A DNA stretch of 64,000 nt from the NCBI GenBank assembly GCA_023265395.1, contig JAHFTX010000008.1, forward strand, positions 9,604-73,603, in the 5' to 3' direction. Positions 18,920 to 29,100 of this stretch are shown piece after piece. The stretch comes from Thermoplasmata archaeon. GTDB lineage: Archaea; Thermoplasmatota; DTKX01; JAHFTX01. The translations under genes were made by a program, and so were the position numbers. The stretch's first letter is position 1; the number at the start of each line of letters is the position of its first letter. The notes under the pieces were generated by a model that saw only the letters and a program-made list of their open reading frames with translations, was not told where the DNA came from and searched no databases.

Positions 18920-19518
18920 GCTCGCATGCTCGGGGGAAGGTCCGACGTGCACCAGGATCGCTTTCGCGGCGTCGCGCGAAGTTGCAGCGCAAGACCCGTG
19001 AGACCCAGGTCGAGGCGAGTCTGGTCGTCGATGGCAGCGGTCGTTTTGAGGTCTCCATCCCCCAGGACCGTTTTTTGGCTCACATGACGGAGACCCTCGC
19101 CCGCTACGCCGGCTGGGATCTGGCCCTTCACGCGCAGGGGGACCTCGACCACCATCTGGTCGAGGATGTGGCCATCACGCTTGGGCGGGCGCTGCGCAGC
19201 GCCATCGGCACCGAAGCCCCAATCGTTCGCTTCGGCTCGGCCACCGTCCCCTTCGACGAGGCGTTGGTGGCCGCGCATGTCGATCTCGTCGACCGCGCCT
19301 ACGCCGTGCTCGAGGTCCCCGATGAGCTGTACGAGCATTTCCTCCGCTCGCTGGCGTTCGAAGGCAAGTTCACCCTCCACACGCAACGCCTGCGGGGCAC
19401 CAACAAGCACCATATCATCGAAGGGTCGATCAAGGCCACGGGTATGGCACTGCGTCAAGCGTCGGCGCTGCGTCCGACGGTGCTCTCGACCAAGGGCACG
19501 GTGGCCAATCGAGCCTGA
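18907..19518 (+). CDS. hisB: Imidazoleglycerol-phosphate dehydratase
   Basis: RKTRETQV, FL.HM, DHHLVEDVAI.LG, P.DEAL, N.HHIIE, STKG. Confidence 0.95.
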   Translation: MARVGSHARGKVRRAPGSLSRRRAKLQRKTRETQVEASLVVDGSGRFEVSIPQDRFLAHMTETLARYAGWDLALHAQGDLDHHLVEDVAITLGRALRSAIGTEAPIVRFGSATVPFDEALVAAHVDLVDRAYAVLEVPDELYEHFLRSLAFEGKFTLHTQRLRGTNKHHIIEGSIKATGMALRQASALRPTVLSTKGTVANRA

Positions 19519-19521
19519 GTG

Positions 19522-20424
19522 TCAGCGGAAGGGCTGGCCCGTCAGCCGCTCGAAGAGGCTGATGTAGAGCGAGCTGGTCTGCGCCAACAGGTCCGGTGGG
19601 AGTGGCGGGATCGGCGGTTCCTTCTCTCCTCGCTCGCGCGCCGCGTAGAGCTGCCGATGGTACCCGCTGGCGCGATAGTGCCCCCGCACGAACTCCTTGG
19701 AGAGGTCCACGAGCTCACCGGCATCGAATCGGGCCTTGTCCCAGAAGCGGTCCTCGTCGGCGGTGCCGAAGGTGTCGATGACCATCAGCTGTCGCCGACC
19801 ATCCAGGGCAAACTCCTTCTTGCCATCGACATGGACCAGACCGCGGCTGCGGACCGAGTCGTTGATGACGTCATCGATGCGCAGCGCGGTCTCCCGGAGC
19901 GCACCGAACTCCTGGCGCGACAACCCCGAGATGGCGCGCGCCTCAGTCTCGTCGAGCAGCCGGTCGGTCGGTTCGAGCTTGGTCGTGACCTCGAAGTAGG
20001 GGTCGGGGAGCTCCGTTCCCAGCGCGGCAGGACCCCGCAGTCCAAGGGCCTTGGGGTCAATGACGCCCGATTCGATCCGGTCCAGGAAGGACCCCGCGAC
20101 ATAGTAGCGCACGATGACCTCCAGAGGGACCATCACGTTGGTCGCGCTCGCCCCCCGTTTGGCGACGTCTGGGTCGACCTCGACCTTGCGCACCCGCATC
20201 GTGGTCGGGTCGGTCACGCGCAGGAAGTGGGTCGGTATGCCCTTGGCAGCGGTGCGCTCGAACCAGTGGGCCGAGGTCCGGCAGAGGGTCTCGCCCTTGT
20301 GCGGGATGAGCGAGGGGATGACCTTGTCGAAGACCGAGATCTGATCGGTGAACCGGAACTCCAGCTCCGCCCCAGCATCGTAGACCTCCTTGACTTTGCC
20401 CTTGCGCACTAGTGGCAATCCCAT
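19522..20424 (-). CDS. purC: SAICAR synthase
   Basis: GKVKEVY, TDQISVFD, IP.KG, VDGKKEF, D.FGTADEDRFW, LSKEFVR. Confidence 0.95.
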   Translation of the reverse strand: MGLPLVRKGKVKEVYDAGAELEFRFTDQISVFDKVIPSLIPHKGETLCRTSAHWFERTAAKGIPTHFLRVTDPTTMRVRKVEVDPDVAKRGASATNVMVPLEVIVRYYVAGSFLDRIESGVIDPKALGLRGPAALGTELPDPYFEVTTKLEPTDRLLDETEARAISGLSRQEFGALRETALRIDDVINDSVRSRGLVHVDGKKEFALDGRRQLMVIDTFGTADEDRFWDKARFDAGELVDLSKEFVRGHYRASGYHRQLYAARERGEKEPPIPPLPPDLLAQTSSLYISLFERLTGQPFR

Positions 20425-20479
20425 CGCAGCGCTCTCAGCCGGCGAGGGGCAATCGGGGGGAAAAAGGTGGTGGCGACCC

Positions 20480-20950
20480 TCAGCGGACCCGCAGCTCGAG
20501 CTTCTTGTCGATGACGCGCTCCTCGTAGGAACGGCCCAGCCGGTAGGCCAGCCGCTCGAGCTCCTTGAGGTTGGCCATGAGCTCCTGCCGGCTATTGGTG
20601 TCGATCAGCCTCAGGAAAGTGTGCCGCGCCCAGAGCGCATCGCCCAGGAACCACCCACTGACCGCCATGGCGATGGGCATGGCACCTAGGAAGCAGAAGT
20701 CCCAGCGGCTCTTCTCGAGGGAGTCGAGGAAATCTGCGAGCTGACCCTCGTGGGGACGCCAGTCCGGATAGGAGATGAAGATGACTCGGGTGAAAAGGGC
20801 GATGATGAAGAGGGCTGTGAAGGCGCCGAAGAGCCCGCCGCTCCAGAGGAAGGTCTGGGTCCGGATGAAGTCGTTGTAGCTCGTCCGAAGCCGGCCGAAG
20901 TTGACCTTCTTCTTGCGGCCCCTACGCTTGCCAGAGGATTCGCTGGCCAT
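20480..20950 (-). CDS. Two-TM archaeal membrane protein (DUF3198-like)
   Basis: Two hydrophobic helices, then F..LI.T.S......N.KELERLA..L...YE..V..KK. Family assignment is from memory. Confidence 0.6.
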   Translation of the reverse strand: MASESSGKRRGRKKKVNFGRLRTSYNDFIRTQTFLWSGGLFGAFTALFIIALFTRVIFISYPDWRPHEGQLADFLDSLEKSRWDFCFLGAMPIAMAVSGWFLGDALWARHTFLRLIDTNSRQELMANLKELERLAYRLGRSYEERVIDKKLELRVR

Positions 20951-21049
20951 CGTCGACCGACCCGCTCATAGGAGCGCATTACGGCGCAGCGCCCCACCGG
21001 CCGTAAATGTTGGGGTGTGGGCGTTGGGAGGCCACCATCGCCCCATTGC

Positions 21050-23695
21050 CTACCCCGCACCATGCCAAAGGAGGATCTGGACGTCTGCCGCCTGCAGGAC
21101 TTCGACTGCCTGGCCCCCTACCTCGGTGCGGCTGATTACCTGCACCATGTTCGGAGGGATATCGACCATCCTGCCCTCTTGAAGCGCCACGGTCAGGGGT
21201 TGGCCCTTGGCGATTTGCGCTGCAACGACCTCCAGCGGGAGGGCTTCGATGGCAGCGATGACTTCCTTGGCCGCCCCGCGGAATGCTGGACCCAGCAGCT
21301 TGTGGTCGGGTCGAAGCGCGATGGCGCGCTCGTCGACCGTCGCGACCGTCGCAGTGCGGAGCTGCGTGATGTTGGCGACATCGGTGAGGATCGCTAGGTC
21401 CACCAGTGGGGTGGCGGTCACGAGCTCCACCATCGCGATCGGGTCGCTGCGCTTGAGCTTGTGCTCGCTGCGCCAATGCCGGAGCGCGGCCAGCACGGCC
21501 TTGAGGCGCTCGCCCTGCTGGAGAGCAACCTCGTCGCGCAGTGGGGCCTTGGGCCAGGGGAGCCGGCCGACCGAGGGGGCCGCGTGGAACCGCCGGAAGT
21601 GGTTCTGGTAGACCTCCTCACACACGTGCGGAAGGAACACTGAGAGCGCCGCCAAGGTGCCAGTCCCGATGGTTGCGAGTGTATACTGCAGGGCAGGATC
21701 GGGCGTACCGGTGGCCAACAGCGCCACTCGGGGCTTGATCGACTCGAGGTAGTGATCTGCAAACTCATGCCACAGGAACTGCTCGAGCTCCCGGATCGCC
21801 TGGTCGAAGCGGTACGCAGACAGCGCCTCGTCCGCGCGGTCGACGGCCTCACCGAATCGGTGCAGGACCCAGCGATCGAGGGCGCTCAGCTGGGCAGGTG
21901 GCGGCACGGCGCCGCGGTACCCCTCGAGCGCCTCCCCCGCATAGGAGAGCGCATTGTAAGCCTTCTGCACCAGCCGGCTACCGTGGACGACCACTTTCTC
22001 CTGGAACGCATGGTCGACCCCCAGGCTGCAGTTGGCCGCCCAGGTCCGGAAGGCATCGGCCCCGTGGCGTTCCACCAAGGGCACCGGGTCGACGACGTTT
22101 CCCTTCGAGGTGTGCATGGGGGTGCCATCAGGCGCCATGATGAACCCGGTGATCATGATCTGCTCCCAGGGTGGGGCATCGAAGAGTTGCACCGCGCGCA
22201 GCAGGGTGTAGAAGGCCCACGTCCGGATGATGTCGTGGGATTGGGGTCGCAGGCTCGTCGGCCACAAGCGCTCGAAGAGCGCACGGTCGCGTTCCCAGTA
22301 GGTGATGAACTCCGCGGTGATGCTGCTATCGACCCAGGTGTCGAAGACGTCCTTGCAGCCCTCGAGCGTCCCCCCGCAGGCAGGGCAGGCGGCCACGGGG
22401 GGAGCGTCGACCGTCGGGTCGACGTACAACTGCTCCTCGGTCGCCGGCACGACGTGCGCGCAACTGCTGCACTCCCACAGCGGGATGGCGGTGGCGAAAT
22501 AGCGCTGGCGGCTGACGCACCAGTCCCAGGCGAGGCTGTCAGCCCAGTTCTCGAGCCGCACGCGCATTGTCGGCGGGAACCACTGGACCTTCGCCGCCAC
22601 ATCCTTGACGCGCTGCCGTAGGTCGGTCGAGCGGATGAACCATTGAGGCACTCGCAGGAACTCGACCGGGGTGCCACATCGCCAACAACAGCCGACGTTG
22701 CCCGTGGTGGGTCGCTGCTGGAGCAGCAGCCCGGCGCTCCGCAGCCGCTGCGTGGTCTGCTCCCGAGCGTGCAGGATGGTGGAGCCTTCGAGCTCGGGGC
22801 CAATCAGGGAGGTCATCTTGCCGTCGCGGTCGATGGGATCCTGCATGGGCAGACGATGACGTTGCAGCCATTCGAGGTCGACTCGGTCCCCAAAGGAGCA
22901 GACCATCACCGCGCCACTTCCGAAGGCAAGGTCCACGTCGGGATCCGCCAGGACGGGGACTTGCTTGCCGTACAGGGGCGTCGATACGGTCGTGCCGACC
23001 AGCGAGGCACCTCGCGGGTCGTCGGGGTTGACCAGCACGGCCTGGCAGGCACAGATCAGTTCGGGGCGCGTGGTGGCGACCTCGAGGGTGCCCCCGTCGG
23101 TTCGCGCAAAGGGAATCGTACAGAGCTGGGTGCTGCGCTCCTCGTATTCGACATCGGCCGCCGCCAGTGCCGTGCCGCAATGGCCGCACCACGTCACCGG
23201 GTGTTCCTTCTTGTAGACGTAGCCCTTGGCGAAGATCCGCAGGAAGGTCTTCTGCGTGATCGCACGGTACTGGGGACTGTCCGTTCGGTAGTACTGTGTC
23301 TCGTCCATGCTGTGGCCGAGCATCGTGAACTGGTCGATCATGCGCTGGATGTTCGAATCGGCGAACTCGGTGCACAAGCGGATGAGGGTCTGGCGGTCGG
23401 TGTCACGCTTGGAGACCTTGTGCTTCTTCTCGACCGCGACCTCGATCGGCATCCCGTTGACGTCGGCGCACAGCGGGAAGAGGACGTTGTCACCCTTGAG
23501 GCGGCGATGCCGCGCAACGAAATCGATCTGGGTGTACCCGGTGGCATGGCCCAGATGGAGTGCACCGCTGGCGTACCGCGGGGGGTTATCGATGGAGAAT
23601 ATCGGTGCCTTGGATCTGGGGTCGAAGTGGTGGACTCCCCACGTGCGCCATCTCTCCTGCCAGTGAGCTTCCCGTGCGCGATGGTCATAGGGCAC
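21050..23695 (-). CDS. valS: Valine--tRNA ligase (archaeal type)
   Basis: IDNPPRYASG.LHLGH (HIGH), ATTRPEL, WDWCVSRQR.F...IP.W, RPQSHDIIRTW, PMHTSKGN (KMSKS). GTG start at 23695. Confidence 0.95.
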   Translation of the reverse strand: MPYDHRAREAHWQERWRTWGVHHFDPRSKAPIFSIDNPPRYASGALHLGHATGYTQIDFVARHRRLKGDNVLFPLCADVNGMPIEVAVEKKHKVSKRDTDRQTLIRLCTEFADSNIQRMIDQFTMLGHSMDETQYYRTDSPQYRAITQKTFLRIFAKGYVYKKEHPVTWCGHCGTALAAADVEYEERSTQLCTIPFARTDGGTLEVATTRPELICACQAVLVNPDDPRGASLVGTTVSTPLYGKQVPVLADPDVDLAFGSGAVMVCSFGDRVDLEWLQRHRLPMQDPIDRDGKMTSLIGPELEGSTILHAREQTTQRLRSAGLLLQQRPTTGNVGCCWRCGTPVEFLRVPQWFIRSTDLRQRVKDVAAKVQWFPPTMRVRLENWADSLAWDWCVSRQRYFATAIPLWECSSCAHVVPATEEQLYVDPTVDAPPVAACPACGGTLEGCKDVFDTWVDSSITAEFITYWERDRALFERLWPTSLRPQSHDIIRTWAFYTLLRAVQLFDAPPWEQIMITGFIMAPDGTPMHTSKGNVVDPVPLVERHGADAFRTWAANCSLGVDHAFQEKVVVHGSRLVQKAYNALSYAGEALEGYRGAVPPPAQLSALDRWVLHRFGEAVDRADEALSAYRFDQAIRELEQFLWHEFADHYLESIKPRVALLATGTPDPALQYTLATIGTGTLAALSVFLPHVCEEVYQNHFRRFHAAPSVGRLPWPKAPLRDEVALQQGERLKAVLAALRHWRSEHKLKRSDPIAMVELVTATPLVDLAILTDVANITQLRTATVATVDERAIALRPDHKLLGPAFRGAAKEVIAAIEALPLEVVAAQIAKGQPLTVALQEGRMVDIPPNMVQVISRTEVGGQAVEVLQAADVQILLWHGAG

Positions 23696-23867
23696 GCCTT
23701 CAACCCCCTGTTCGGTCCAGGGCGGAGTGCTCCATAAAACCATTCGGACGCGCCGTGAATCGCTGCCGATCGCAGCCCCGCGAGTCCAGGAGCGCCACGG
23801 AGCGACACGTTCGCATTCGCCGAGAGGCTGCGGTATATATAGGCCCCGTTCCATCCCACGGCCGTCC

Positions 23868-24287
23868 ATGGTACCGGCTGACCAGTATGTGGGCGTAGGC
23901 GTGCTCATCATCGTGGCGCTGTTGTTCCCGTTGGGCACCCTCTTCGCCACCCGCCTGTTCCGTCCCCGTCGCACGCCGGTGGGCGCGCGCCAGTTCATGC
24001 TGGGGATCCACTATGCCGAGCGGACCGATGACCGCTACGCCGAAGATACCTACGAATGCGGCAACCCACTGATGACCGAGACCAGCGACATCGATTTCCA
24101 CTTCCAGTATTACATGTACGCCATCATCTTCGTCGCTGCCGACGTGATGGCGATCTTCCTAATCCTGTGGGGCTTGGACTACCAGGAACTCTCAGACTCG
24201 GCGCGAATGGCGATGCTCGGCTTCGTCGCCGTGTTGGTCATCGGGGTGCTCTACGCCCTGCGCAAGGAATCGATGGTGTGGATATAG
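23868..24287 (+). CDS. nuoA: Complex I-like (Nuo/Fpo) subunit A
   Basis: Three TM helices, TYECG, QYY.YAI.FV..D. TATATATA box at about 23834. Confidence 0.92.
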   Translation: MVPADQYVGVGVLIIVALLFPLGTLFATRLFRPRRTPVGARQFMLGIHYAERTDDRYAEDTYECGNPLMTETSDIDFHFQYYMYAIIFVAADVMAIFLILWGLDYQELSDSARMAMLGFVAVLVIGVLYALRKESMVWI

Positions 24288-24298
24288 GGAGGGTGCCG

Positions 24299-24916
24299 AT
24301 GACCGCTCAATCGCCGGGGATCCACTTGGAGCGGCCAACGGACGACCGGGAGACCCAGATCGGTTTTGCCCGCAGCGAGGACCTCCTTGAGTGGTTGACC
24401 AACATCGCTGAGGACCAGACCGAGAAGTTCGGCATCAAGAACCTGGTGAAGCCCCTCAACCATGACATCTTCAACTGGGGACAACGTCACAGCATCTGGT
24501 TCCTCGAGATGGGAATCATGTGTTGTGCCCTCGAGATGGGGGCGGCGATTGGTCCGCGCTATGACCTGCACCGCTTCGGGATCGTCCCGCGGGCCAGTCC
24601 GCGGCAATGCGATGTCATGATCGTCAACGGACCCATCTCGTACAAGCTGAAGGACGGCTTGTTGCGCCTCTATGAGCAGATGCCCGAACCCAAGTGGGTC
24701 ATCTGCATGGGGGAATGCTCCATCAGTGGCGGTCCCTACCACAAGGCCTACTCGATCATCAAGGGTGCGCGGCAGTTCTTGCCCGTGGATGTCTTCATCC
24801 CCGGCTGCCCGGTACGGCCCGAGGCGTTGATCCACGGCTTCATGGTCTTGCGGGAAAAGATTGAGAGCATGAAGGTCAGCCAGGGCAAGCAGACCGTCCT
24901 GGTGGAGAAGATCTGA
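24299..24916 (+). CDS. nuoB: Complex I-like subunit B (N2 cluster)
   Basis: CCALEM, RASPRQ.D, YEQMPEPKWVICMGEC, PVDV.IPGCP.RPEA. Confidence 0.95.
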   Translation: MTAQSPGIHLERPTDDRETQIGFARSEDLLEWLTNIAEDQTEKFGIKNLVKPLNHDIFNWGQRHSIWFLEMGIMCCALEMGAAIGPRYDLHRFGIVPRASPRQCDVMIVNGPISYKLKDGLLRLYEQMPEPKWVICMGECSISGGPYHKAYSIIKGARQFLPVDVFIPGCPVRPEALIHGFMVLREKIESMKVSQGKQTVLVEKI

Positions 24917-24944
24917 GCATCATCGGGTGCTGGGGAGGGTTGCG

Positions 24945-25592
24945 ATGGCTGGCGGACGCAAGGTCGTTGCCAAGCGACGGGTCACCACCTCAGCGGCCTC
25001 GCCCGACCCTGGGCATCTCGGCGCACGCCACAGCTCCAAGAGCGGCGTGGCAGGGAGCGGGGGCGACAGCAGCCCTGAGGTCCTGCTCGAGGAACTCGAG
25101 GAGCTCCTCCCGAGCGTCATCCTGCGATCGGCCGTGCGCCTGCAGAAGCACGAGTTGCGCATCAAGGTCGGCCGGGACGACCTCGTCCGGGTCTGCACGC
25201 TGCTGCGCGACAACTTGAGCCTCGAGCACTGCACCCTGATCACCCCGGTCGACTGGGTGACGCACTGGAGCTGCGTCTACCACCTGTTCAGCTACAGCCG
25301 CCGTCCCCTCAACCTCGAGATCATCGTCGACCTGCCGCGGGCCGAGCCCTGGGTCGACAGCATCACGCCCCTCTATGCCGGCGCCAACTGGCACGAGCGC
25401 GAGGCCTACGACCTGATGGGGATCGACTTCCGCGGCCACCCCGACCAGCGCCGGATCCTCAATCCTGACTGGTGGGAGGGCCACCCGTTGCGCAAGGATT
25501 ACACTTGGGACATGGAGCCCCACAAGATCGGAGGATTCGTCCCCCTGTTCGAGATCAAGGGCGGCGAGAGCGGCGGCAACACGAACCTGTAG
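24945..25592 (+). CDS. nuoC: Complex I-like subunit C
   Basis: SITP.Y.GANWHEREAYDL.GI.F.GHPD.RRIL.P..W.GHPLRKD. SD GGAGG. Confidence 0.93.
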   Translation: MAGGRKVVAKRRVTTSAASPDPGHLGARHSSKSGVAGSGGDSSPEVLLEELEELLPSVILRSAVRLQKHELRIKVGRDDLVRVCTLLRDNLSLEHCTLITPVDWVTHWSCVYHLFSYSRRPLNLEIIVDLPRAEPWVDSITPLYAGANWHEREAYDLMGIDFRGHPDQRRILNPDWWEGHPLRKDYTWDMEPHKIGGFVPLFEIKGGESGGNTNL

Positions 25593-25607
25593 GTCGGGAG
25601 GGCGCAC

Positions 25608-26711
25608 ATGGCACAGATGTGGGTAAGCATGGGTCCGCAACACCCGATGACCCACGGCCTGTGGCGCCTGCGGGTCAGGGTCGATGGCGAGATCATCACC
25701 GAGGCCGACCCGGACATGGGCTGGCTTCACCGCTCGGTCGAGAAGCTCACCGAGCTCTACGAGTACCCTTTCAATACCATCTTCACCGACCGGCTCTGCT
25801 ACGCCTCACCGCTGACCTGGTCGCATTGTTACGTCGCGGCGGTCGAGGACCTGATGGGTGTCGAGGTCCCCGAGCGGGCTCGGTACATGCGTGTCATCGT
25901 CCTCGAGCTGCAGCGGATCCTGTCCCACTTGATGTGGTTTGCCGCCTATGGCCCGGACCTGGGTTTGTTCGCCGCAGCGGTCTACGGGTTCCGCGAACGC
26001 GAGGACTTCATGGACCGCATCCAGGAGCTGACCGGTCAGCGGCTCAACTACAATTACCTCCGGATCGGTGGTCTCAAGCATGACTTCCCGCCAGGATGGA
26101 CCGATCGGCTGTTGGAGACCTGCGACCGCTTCCTTCCGCATCTGGAGGAGTACAAGGGCATGTGCGAGAACAACTCGATCTTCCGCATGCGCACGCAGGG
26201 TGTCGGAATCCTGCCTGCCAAGGATGCGATGAACCTGGGGGTGACAGGCCCCAACTTGCGGGCCAGCGGCGTCGACTACGACGCGCGCGTGGACAATCCC
26301 TACGAGGCCTACGGGGAACTCGATTTCCCCAAAGTCGTCGCTACCGAGGGGGATTGCTATGCTCGCTTCGTCGTCCGGCTCTACGAGCTGGAGCAGTCGG
26401 TGGGGATTCTCCGCCAAGCGATCAAGCAGATGCCCGACAAGGGCAAGTACCGGGCCCGAGCCCCGCGCAACGGGCCCAAGTGCGACCGTGTCTTCGACGG
26501 CACTGGTGTCGCCCGCGTGGAAGACAGTCGCGGTGAAGCGATGTTCTACGTCATCGGTCAGGGTAACGAGTACCCCTACCGGGTGAAGATACGCTCCCCT
26601 GCCTATACGACCATCGGCGCAAGCCCGGTCATGCTCGTGGGCAGTCGTGTCGCCGACATTCCCGTGATCCTCGGCTCCATCGACATGTGCATCGGCGAGA
26701 CTGATAAGTAG
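25608..26711 (+). CDS. nuoD: Complex I-like subunit D (no NiFe CxxC pairs)
   Basis: GPQHPMTHG, G.LHRS.EK, DRLCY, ELQRI.SHL, GP.LRASGV.YD.R, GDCYAR, PYR.KIRSP, IDMCIGETDK. Confidence 0.94.
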   Translation: MAQMWVSMGPQHPMTHGLWRLRVRVDGEIITEADPDMGWLHRSVEKLTELYEYPFNTIFTDRLCYASPLTWSHCYVAAVEDLMGVEVPERARYMRVIVLELQRILSHLMWFAAYGPDLGLFAAAVYGFREREDFMDRIQELTGQRLNYNYLRIGGLKHDFPPGWTDRLLETCDRFLPHLEEYKGMCENNSIFRMRTQGVGILPAKDAMNLGVTGPNLRASGVDYDARVDNPYEAYGELDFPKVVATEGDCYARFVVRLYELEQSVGILRQAIKQMPDKGKYRARAPRNGPKCDRVFDGTGVARVEDSRGEAMFYVIGQGNEYPYRVKIRSPAYTTIGASPVMLVGSRVADIPVILGSIDMCIGETDK

Positions 26712-26738
26712 GGACGTCGGCGCTGGGAGGGGTGGGAC

Positions 26739-28172
26739 GTGGGGCTGTCGTTGCATGAGGTCCTACTGGTCTACCTGCTGACGCCCATCGCGGGATTCCT
26801 CGATGGCCTCCTAGAGCGGATCACCGGATTCCTGGTGCCGCCCTTGGTCGGAGCCATCGAGTTCGGCGCGGAGCAGACAGGATTCCGAGTCCTCGGCTAC
26901 CTCGCCCAAGGGATCTCCTACCTCAACTGGACCCGCTTCCCCTTGCGCCTGAGCACACCCTTCATGCTCAGCTTCCTGACGGCAGCGGTCGCCGCGGTGC
27001 TCCTGTTCGCTTTCATGATGGTCAACGTCCTGGTGCTCACCTGGCTGGAGCGCAAGATGTTCTCACGCATGTGGGACATGCGCGGTCCGATGGCCGCGTC
27101 GCTCAACAACATGCAGGCTCTCTGGTGGGTATTCGTCGTGGCGGGTCTCGCCGCTCTTGCGGTGTGGGTGTGGGTCGCCTGGTTCGTCTACCCTGGCGAG
27201 GTTGCCGACAGCGTCAAGATTGCCGGTGTGGCGCTGGGTGGTTTCGTCGCGTTCGGGTCGCTCCTGTGGACTCGAGGTCACCTCGAGGGTGCCGGCTTCA
27301 TGCAACAACTGGCCGATGGCAACAAGTTCTTCCTCAAGGAACTGATCATCCCGCGGGCTGCCGACCTGACGATCTACAACCTCGCCCCGATACTGTTCGT
27401 GAGCAGTTCCATCGTCCTGATCGCGGCCATCCCGTTCTCTGACGGGTTCTTTGCGGTGGATACCTCCATGGGGCTCATCTTCACGATGGGCGTCTTCGCG
27501 GTCGCCCCTCTCGCCGTCCTCGGGGGCGGGTGGGCGCAGAACAACAAGTACACCCTGATCGGCGGGATGCGCTCGGCTGCGATGATGATGAGCTATGAGA
27601 TTCCTCTTCTGTTGTCGCTGGTGCCGGTGTTCATTTTCGCCGGGACTTTCAACCCTCTGGAGATCGTCCAACGCCAGGTCGATGCTGGCGTCTGGTTCGG
27701 CACTGGGACCTTCTTCCTGGCACCGTTGGTGTTCATGATCTGCCTCGTCGCTGAGGTCGAGCGCATCCCCTTCGACCTGCCCGAGGCCAATTCGGAGCTC
27801 GTCGAAGGCTGGGTGACCGAGTACACCGGCATGCGCTTCCTCTTCCTGCTGATGGCGGAGTACATCCGTAGCTTCGTCGGCGCGGCGATCTTGGTGCTGG
27901 TGTTCTTCGGCGGCTGGACCGGCCCCATCTACGCGGCCCTCGCGCCGACGCTGGTGGGAATTCTCGGCTTCGACCTAGCGGTGCTCTTCATGCTCGCGAA
28001 GATCTACCTCGTGTTCATCCTCTTCATCTGGATCCGCGCCTCACTGCCCCGGGTGCGCACCGACCAGATCCTGCAGATTGGCTGGCATCGCTTGTTACCG
28101 TTGGCGCTGATAGCAATCGTTATCGCCATGTTCATGCAATTCCTCGACTGGACATCCTGGAGCCTGTTCTGA
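26739..28172 (+). CDS. nuoH: Complex I-like subunit H, extended
   Basis: WLERK...R....RGP, Q.LADG.K...KE, NKY.L.GG.R....M.SYE, E.ER.PFDLPEA.SELVEG..TEY.G, W.R..LPR.R.DQ. Confidence 0.93.
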   Translation: MGLSLHEVLLVYLLTPIAGFLDGLLERITGFLVPPLVGAIEFGAEQTGFRVLGYLAQGISYLNWTRFPLRLSTPFMLSFLTAAVAAVLLFAFMMVNVLVLTWLERKMFSRMWDMRGPMAASLNNMQALWWVFVVAGLAALAVWVWVAWFVYPGEVADSVKIAGVALGGFVAFGSLLWTRGHLEGAGFMQQLADGNKFFLKELIIPRAADLTIYNLAPILFVSSSIVLIAAIPFSDGFFAVDTSMGLIFTMGVFAVAPLAVLGGGWAQNNKYTLIGGMRSAAMMMSYEIPLLLSLVPVFIFAGTFNPLEIVQRQVDAGVWFGTGTFFLAPLVFMICLVAEVERIPFDLPEANSELVEGWVTEYTGMRFLFLLMAEYIRSFVGAAILVLVFFGGWTGPIYAALAPTLVGILGFDLAVLFMLAKIYLVFILFIWIRASLPRVRTDQILQIGWHRLLPLALIAIVIAMFMQFLDWTSWSLF

Positions 28173-29080
28173 TGGCCGGTGCGTTGGTGATCCCCCCTCG
28201 TCCCGAGGGGACGGGAATCGACGGGGGTTTGCTCGAGTTGTTCATCAAGCCGATGGGGGTGACCGCCAAGACGATGTGGCGGACCTGGAAGTTCGGCGCT
28301 GCGCGGCCGCGCACCAACCTCTACCCGATCGAGAAGCCCGACATGCCCGAGTACTACCGGGGCTTCCATGAGATCGACTGGGAACTCTGCATCGGCTGTT
28401 CCGTCTGTGCACGGGTCTGCCCCAACGACTGCATCCAGATGGAGAAGGTCGATCTGACCGCTTCAGACGAGATCGACAAGCTCTACTCGCGGTCGTTTAT
28501 GGACTCTAAGAAGGGCGTCGCCAAACGTCCCGGTGTGGACATGGGCCACTGCCTGCTCTGCGGGTTCTGCGAGGAGTACTGCCCCACAGACGCCTGGCGG
28601 ATGGTCAACAAGTTCGAGCTCGCCGATACCGAACGCGACCGACTCTACTACAGCGCCGCCGCCTTGCGCAAGGACGAGCCCCGAGCGCCGCCGCGCCTGC
28701 TCAACAAGGCCATGGAGAATCCGCAGTTGGACTGGGCCAACTGCACAGGTTGCCAAGCCTGTGTCCGCCACTGTCCGACGCGGTGCATCTACACGGTCGA
28801 AGCCGGCGCCAACGAGAAAGGGCGGAAGATCCGCAAGGTCGTCTTCGACTACGCCATCTGCATCGGTTGCCGCACCTGCGTCGAAGCCTGCAAGTTCGAC
28901 GCGCTGGAGATGAACAATCAGGAGGCCGTCACCAATCCCGTGGAGGCCGAGCCCTGGGTGCGGGCCTTCAACATCGAGGAGGGGACGTTGCGGTTGCAGC
29001 CCAACATGCCCAAGTTCCAGAAGGTCAACCCCGTCGGAGCTCCGCAGGAGCAGCCCCTCTCGGGACCCCTCGAACCCTGA
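28172..29080 (+). CDS. nuoI: Complex I-like subunit I with four [4Fe-4S] motifs
   Basis: YP.EK.....YRG.H, then CIGCSVCARVCP, CLLCGFCEEYCP, CTGCQACVRHCP and CIGCRTCVEACK. Confidence 0.9.
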   Translation: MAGALVIPPRPEGTGIDGGLLELFIKPMGVTAKTMWRTWKFGAARPRTNLYPIEKPDMPEYYRGFHEIDWELCIGCSVCARVCPNDCIQMEKVDLTASDEIDKLYSRSFMDSKKGVAKRPGVDMGHCLLCGFCEEYCPTDAWRMVNKFELADTERDRLYYSAAALRKDEPRAPPRLLNKAMENPQLDWANCTGCQACVRHCPTRCIYTVEAGANEKGRKIRKVVFDYAICIGCRTCVEACKFDALEMNNQEAVTNPVEAEPWVRAFNIEEGTLRLQPNMPKFQKVNPVGAPQEQPLSGPLEP

Positions 29081-29100
29081 GCGTCGGTGCCGTGTCCGCC

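Noticed and set aside
25608-26711. Possible group 4 [NiFe]-hydrogenase large subunit
   Set aside because: Neither CxxC pair is present (DRLCYAS; DMCIGE), so it is complex I/Fpo-like.
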